DNA of 64,000 nucleotides from Gammaproteobacteria bacterium (GTDB lineage Bacteria; Pseudomonadota; Gammaproteobacteria; JAKDMP01): NCBI GenBank assembly GCA_050739575.1, contig JBOIBN010000003.1, positions 608 to 64,607 of the forward strand, read 5' to 3'. Shown piece by piece: positions 60,940 to 64,000 of this stretch (position 1 is its first letter; each line of letters starts with the position of its first letter). The notes under the pieces were generated by a model. It saw only the letters and a program-made list of their open reading frames with translations, ran no database searches and was not told where the DNA came from. The position numbers and the translations under genes were made by a program.

Positions 60940-61824
60940 ATGCCGCGCAATCCAGAGGAATTGACCGCACCGCTCGTCGTACGCAAGACGGAGGATGAGC
61001 GGCGCACGGGCCGCGCGCATCCGAACGCGAGCAAGGGACCGGCGCGGGGCGCCGACATGCGCCACGTCTCCAATCCCAAACTGGTCGCGCGCGGGCTGAA
61101 TTTCTATTACGGCGGCTTTCAGGCCCTGCAGGACATCAATCTCGAAGTGCAGCAGGGCGCAATCACCGCCCTGATCGGTCCCTCGGGCTGCGGGAAATCC
61201 ACGCTGATCCGCTGCTTTAACCGCATCTACAATCTTTATCCCGACCAACGCGCGGCCGGCGAAATCCTACTCGACGGCGACAACATCCTCGGCCCACGCC
61301 AGGATCTCAACATGCTGCGCGCGCGCGTCGGCATGGTGTTCCAGAAGGCGACGCCGTTTCCGATGTCGATCTATGACAACATCGCCTTCGGCGTGAAACT
61401 TTATGAACGGCTCGGCCGCGCCGAGATGGACGAGCGGGTGGAATGGGCCTTGCGCAAGGCCGCGGTGTGGGAAGAAGCGAAAGACAAACTCAGGCAGTCC
61501 GGCACCCAGCTTTCCGGCGGTCAGCAGCAGCGCCTGTGCATCGCGCGGGCGATCGCGGTCAAACCCGAGGTGATCCTCCTCGACGAGCCCTGCTCGGCGC
61601 TCGATCCCATCTCCACGCTCAAGGTCGAGGAACTGATCACCGAACTCAAGGACGAGTACACGATCGTGATCGTGACCCACAACATGCAGCAGGCCGCGCG
61701 CGTATCCGACTACACCGCCTTCATGTACCTGGGGCGGCTTCTGGAATTCAACGATGCCGACACGATCTTCACCAATCCGGCGGTGAAGGAGACCGAGGAC
61801 TACATCACCGGCCGTTTCGGCTAG
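60940..61824 (+). CDS. pstB: phosphate ABC transporter ATP-binding protein PstB
   Basis: Walker [10 protein letters not shown], signature LSGGQQQRL, Walker B ILLDEP. An N-terminal ~35-aa extension makes the start uncertain. Confidence 0.85.
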   Translation: MPRNPEELTAPLVVRKTEDERRTGRAHPNASKGPARGADMRHVSNPKLVARGLNFYYGGFQALQDINLEVQQGAITALIGPSGCGKSTLIRCFNRIYNLYPDQRAAGEILLDGDNILGPRQDLNMLRARVGMVFQKATPFPMSIYDNIAFGVKLYERLGRAEMDERVEWALRKAAVWEEAKDKLRQSGTQLSGGQQQRLCIARAIAVKPEVILLDEPCSALDPISTLKVEELITELKDEYTIVIVTHNMQQAARVSDYTAFMYLGRLLEFNDADTIFTNPAVKETEDYITGRFG

Positions 61825-62171
61825 CAGGCTGCTGAAAAACTACTGCGCTCGTCATCTTGAACGCGGGCGGTGCTCGCGATCCTCATTTACTTGCATGTAA
61901 ACTGCGGTCGCTGCGCTCCGGCGCGCAACCCGAGGGGACGGAACGGTTTTCGCCCACGGCTTTGTCGCTCCGCGCTTATTCGGAACAACCAAACTGCGCT
62001 TGTCGCTTCGCGCCCTGAACGAAAACCGTCTCCGTCGCGCTCCGCGCAGGAGCCCATCCCGAGTTCCACTTTGCTCGCTACGTTTTTCAGCAGCCTGCAG
62101 GATCGGGACTTCGGGACTCGGCAAGACAGTACTCCATCACGGAGCATGCAAAGACACTGAGTTCAGTATCT

Positions 62172-62885
62172 TCAGTGCGTTCGGAACCAGCCGGTGATTG
62201 CTAGGCGGGGTTCGGTCGCGAAGGGTGCGACGCAGGAAACGCAGTGCCAAGTCGGCACGCGGAACAGAGCGAGCGCGTTGTAGCCGGGCATCCAGCTTTC
62301 CTCCACGCGCCCGCCGTCGTCGAGAAATTGCAGCAGTCCGCCCCAGTCGGCCTGCCAGTTGCGAGTCAGGTTGATGACGTAGGCGGCGCGCCGCGCGTCG
62401 CGTTCACTCTCCTGATGAACGTCGTTATGACGGCGCAGGAAATGCCCCGGCAGATAGCGGGTGGCCTGGGCGTCGGCCTTGGCGATGTCGTCGCAGCCGG
62501 TAACGCGGCGCACGAATTCGATCATCGGTGCGCCGTTCAGAAATTCGAGAAAGCGATTCAGGTAGAGTTCTGGATTGCGCCGCTCCTTGTAGGCGGCGAC
62601 CATCTGGTGGCTGTTGTAGAAAAATTGATAGCCTGCGCGGGCCTCGGCTTGAACATCCTCGATAAGTTTGCGCCAGCTCACGGGTGTAGTCGCCTGCAGT
62701 TCTTCGGCCGATAGCGTGCGGGCTTCGCCGCCGGTGCGGGTAACCAGGCCCCACGGCACCTCTTCGCGCAGGCAGCGGGAGAGTTGCTCCGCGATGTCGG
62801 CGCCGAAGGCATCGTGCACGAGGACACGTCCCCGACGGGCATACTCGCCGGCGAGGCCGGCGGAATCGAGATCCGGATTCAGCAT
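62172..62885 (-). CDS. 2OG-Fe(II) oxygenase-superfamily protein (prolyl-hydroxylase-like, 2OG-FeII_Oxy_3)
   Basis: RRHNDVH...LTRNWQADWGGLLQF...H jelly-roll motifs. Confidence 0.6.
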   Translation of the reverse strand: MLNPDLDSAGLAGEYARRGRVLVHDAFGADIAEQLSRCLREEVPWGLVTRTGGEARTLSAEELQATTPVSWRKLIEDVQAEARAGYQFFYNSHQMVAAYKERRNPELYLNRFLEFLNGAPMIEFVRRVTGCDDIAKADAQATRYLPGHFLRRHNDVHQESERDARRAAYVINLTRNWQADWGGLLQFLDDGGRVEESWMPGYNALALFRVPTWHCVSCVAPFATEPRLAITGWFRTH

Positions 62886-63607
62886 GTCGGTTGCGGCTGC
62901 TTCGGACACCAGCGGTCGAAGGCCAGATGGTAGCGGATGTCGAGCGGATCGGCGACCTTGAGTGCCCCCAGCAGCACGGAATAGGGCGTAATGCCGAAGT
63001 CGCTCTGACGCATCGTGAATGTGCCGCTTGCAAGCAATTGCCGGGCGTCGAGTGAAAGCTGCGTCGTGGCGGGCAGGACGCGGGTCACGCCGTGCAGCGT
63101 GAGCGCAATCGTAATTTTGACCGCGCCTTGCGCCGTAGCGGGAGCGACGATATGCAGATGCGCCCACGGATAGCGGGCGCTGTCGAGCGCTTCCCGGCTC
63201 AACATGTGCGCGCGGATTGCCTTCCGCTGATCGGGCGTAAGCGGTTCGGCGTAAAGGCCGCCCAGGGCGGCACGGGCGGCCGGTGCATCCACCACGAGTG
63301 CGTTGAGCGGGAAAACGATGTCCGCCTGTCCGCCGCCCTTTGCGGTAAGCGCGTAGCCGCTGAGCTGCGCGGCCTCGACTACATGAACGTGTCCCTTGCT
63401 TGCGAGCGGGCCCGCCCGCCCGACCAGAATCCGCACCTCCGAGGCTGCGGAATCAAGCCGATAAACCGGTCGGCCCGCTTGCGCGGCCGCCTGGTAGGGC
63501 GGTGCGATAACCGGAGCCGGCCCGGATGTCGTCGACGGCGGCAAACTCGGCGCCGCGCAACCGGCGAGCAGGGCGCCCAAGGCCGCGGCGGCGAATAACC
63601 GGCGCAT
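62879..63607 (-). CDS. YceI-family periplasmic lipoprotein
   Basis: Lipobox LLAGCA plus YceI-like beta-barrel pattern. Confidence 0.6.
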   Translation of the reverse strand: MRRLFAAAALGALLAGCAAPSLPPSTTSGPAPVIAPPYQAAAQAGRPVYRLDSAASEVRILVGRAGPLASKGHVHVVEAAQLSGYALTAKGGGQADIVFPLNALVVDAPAARAALGGLYAEPLTPDQRKAIRAHMLSREALDSARYPWAHLHIVAPATAQGAVKITIALTLHGVTRVLPATTQLSLDARQLLASGTFTMRQSDFGITPYSVLLGALKVADPLDIRYHLAFDRWCPKQPQPTC

Positions 63608-63610
63608 GGA

Positions 63611-64000
63611 TCAGGCCGGTCCCAGCACGACGTGAAAAATAATCGTGACGGGAACGGAGATGATCTTGCCGTCCGCCCACTTTCCGGTGCCGATGTCGAA
63701 GCCCGTGCGCAGGAGCATCAGCTGGCCGTCGAGAACCGGATGGTTGCCTTCGTGGCTGAGCGTAAGCGGGAAGGAAACGGTGCGGGAATGGCCTTTGAGT
63801 TTGAGTATGCCCATAATCTTGAGCGCTCCGCCGCTCTGCGCCGCAATGGCTTGCGAAACAAACGTCGCCGAGGGGTAACGATCGACGTCGAACCAGTCTT
63901 TGCTGCGCATGGCCCGAGTCACGTCGGCGCTCGATGCACTCACGCTCGTGGTAACGATCTTTACCTTGAGGCTTCCGCCCGACGGATTGGCCGGATCGAG
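63611..64000 (-). CDS. YceI-family protein, 5' end beyond window
   Basis: The C-terminal YceI-like region is present, and the frame stays open to the window edge. Confidence 0.55.
   Translation of the reverse strand, partial: LDPANPSGGSLKVKIVTTSVSASSADVTRAMRSKDWFDVDRYPSATFVSQAIAAQSGGALKIMGILKLKGHSRTVSFPLTLSHEGNHPVLDGQLMLLRTGFDIGTGKWADGKIISVPVTIIFHVVLGPA

Overview
High-GC (~65-68%) proteobacterial chromosomal window. From the gene content (cytochrome c4, DUF929, class I FBA, PilT/PilU) it looks like a gamma/beta-proteobacterial sulfur-oxidiser type, but no organism can be assigned from sequence alone. Most of the window is ordinary core synteny: gabD-like aldehyde dehydrogenase, secB-gpsA, pilT-pilU-pilU' opposite proC-yggT, HU, cytochrome c4, class I aldolase, a complete mlaFEDCB operon plus mlaA, guaBA, tadA, mltF, tRNA-Ser, fabI, mltD, gloB-methyltransferase-rnhA-dnaQ, a CPA1 antiporter, ugd, and pstSCAB. 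The stand-out region is a ~17 kb accessory-looking locus (26.3-43.6 kb) for which no described system could be recalled. It holds four tandem paralogous TPR-sulfotransferase fusion genes (two subfamilies in a mirrored A-B-x-B-A order) that are translationally coupled to mlaA. Next comes a divergently transcribed 1002-aa TonB-dependent receptor. Beyond that lie six tightly packed genes, five of which are predicted Fe(II)/2-oxoglutarate-type hydroxylases: two TIGR02466/2OG-FeII_Oxy_5 paralogs, a prolyl-4-hydroxylase-like enzyme, a 2OG-FeII_Oxy_3-like enzyme, and a TPR-aspartyl/asparaginyl beta-hydroxylase fusion that mimics eukaryotic AspH architecture. The sixth is a hypothetical with a degenerate sulfotransferase-like motif. 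The locus is bounded by tRNA-Leu(CAA). No precursor peptide, exporter or NRPS/PKS is visible, so the substrate is open: a protein, a secreted peptide, or an envelope lipid. Other notable points are a low-GC two-gene islet (lipoprotein plus GxSxG hydrolase) with a G9 homopolymer in its promoter, a 350-bp highly structured repeat element replacing phoU after pstB, and three tandem PilT-family ATPases. The many long antisense or out-of-frame ORFs in the track are GC-driven artefacts and were rejected.
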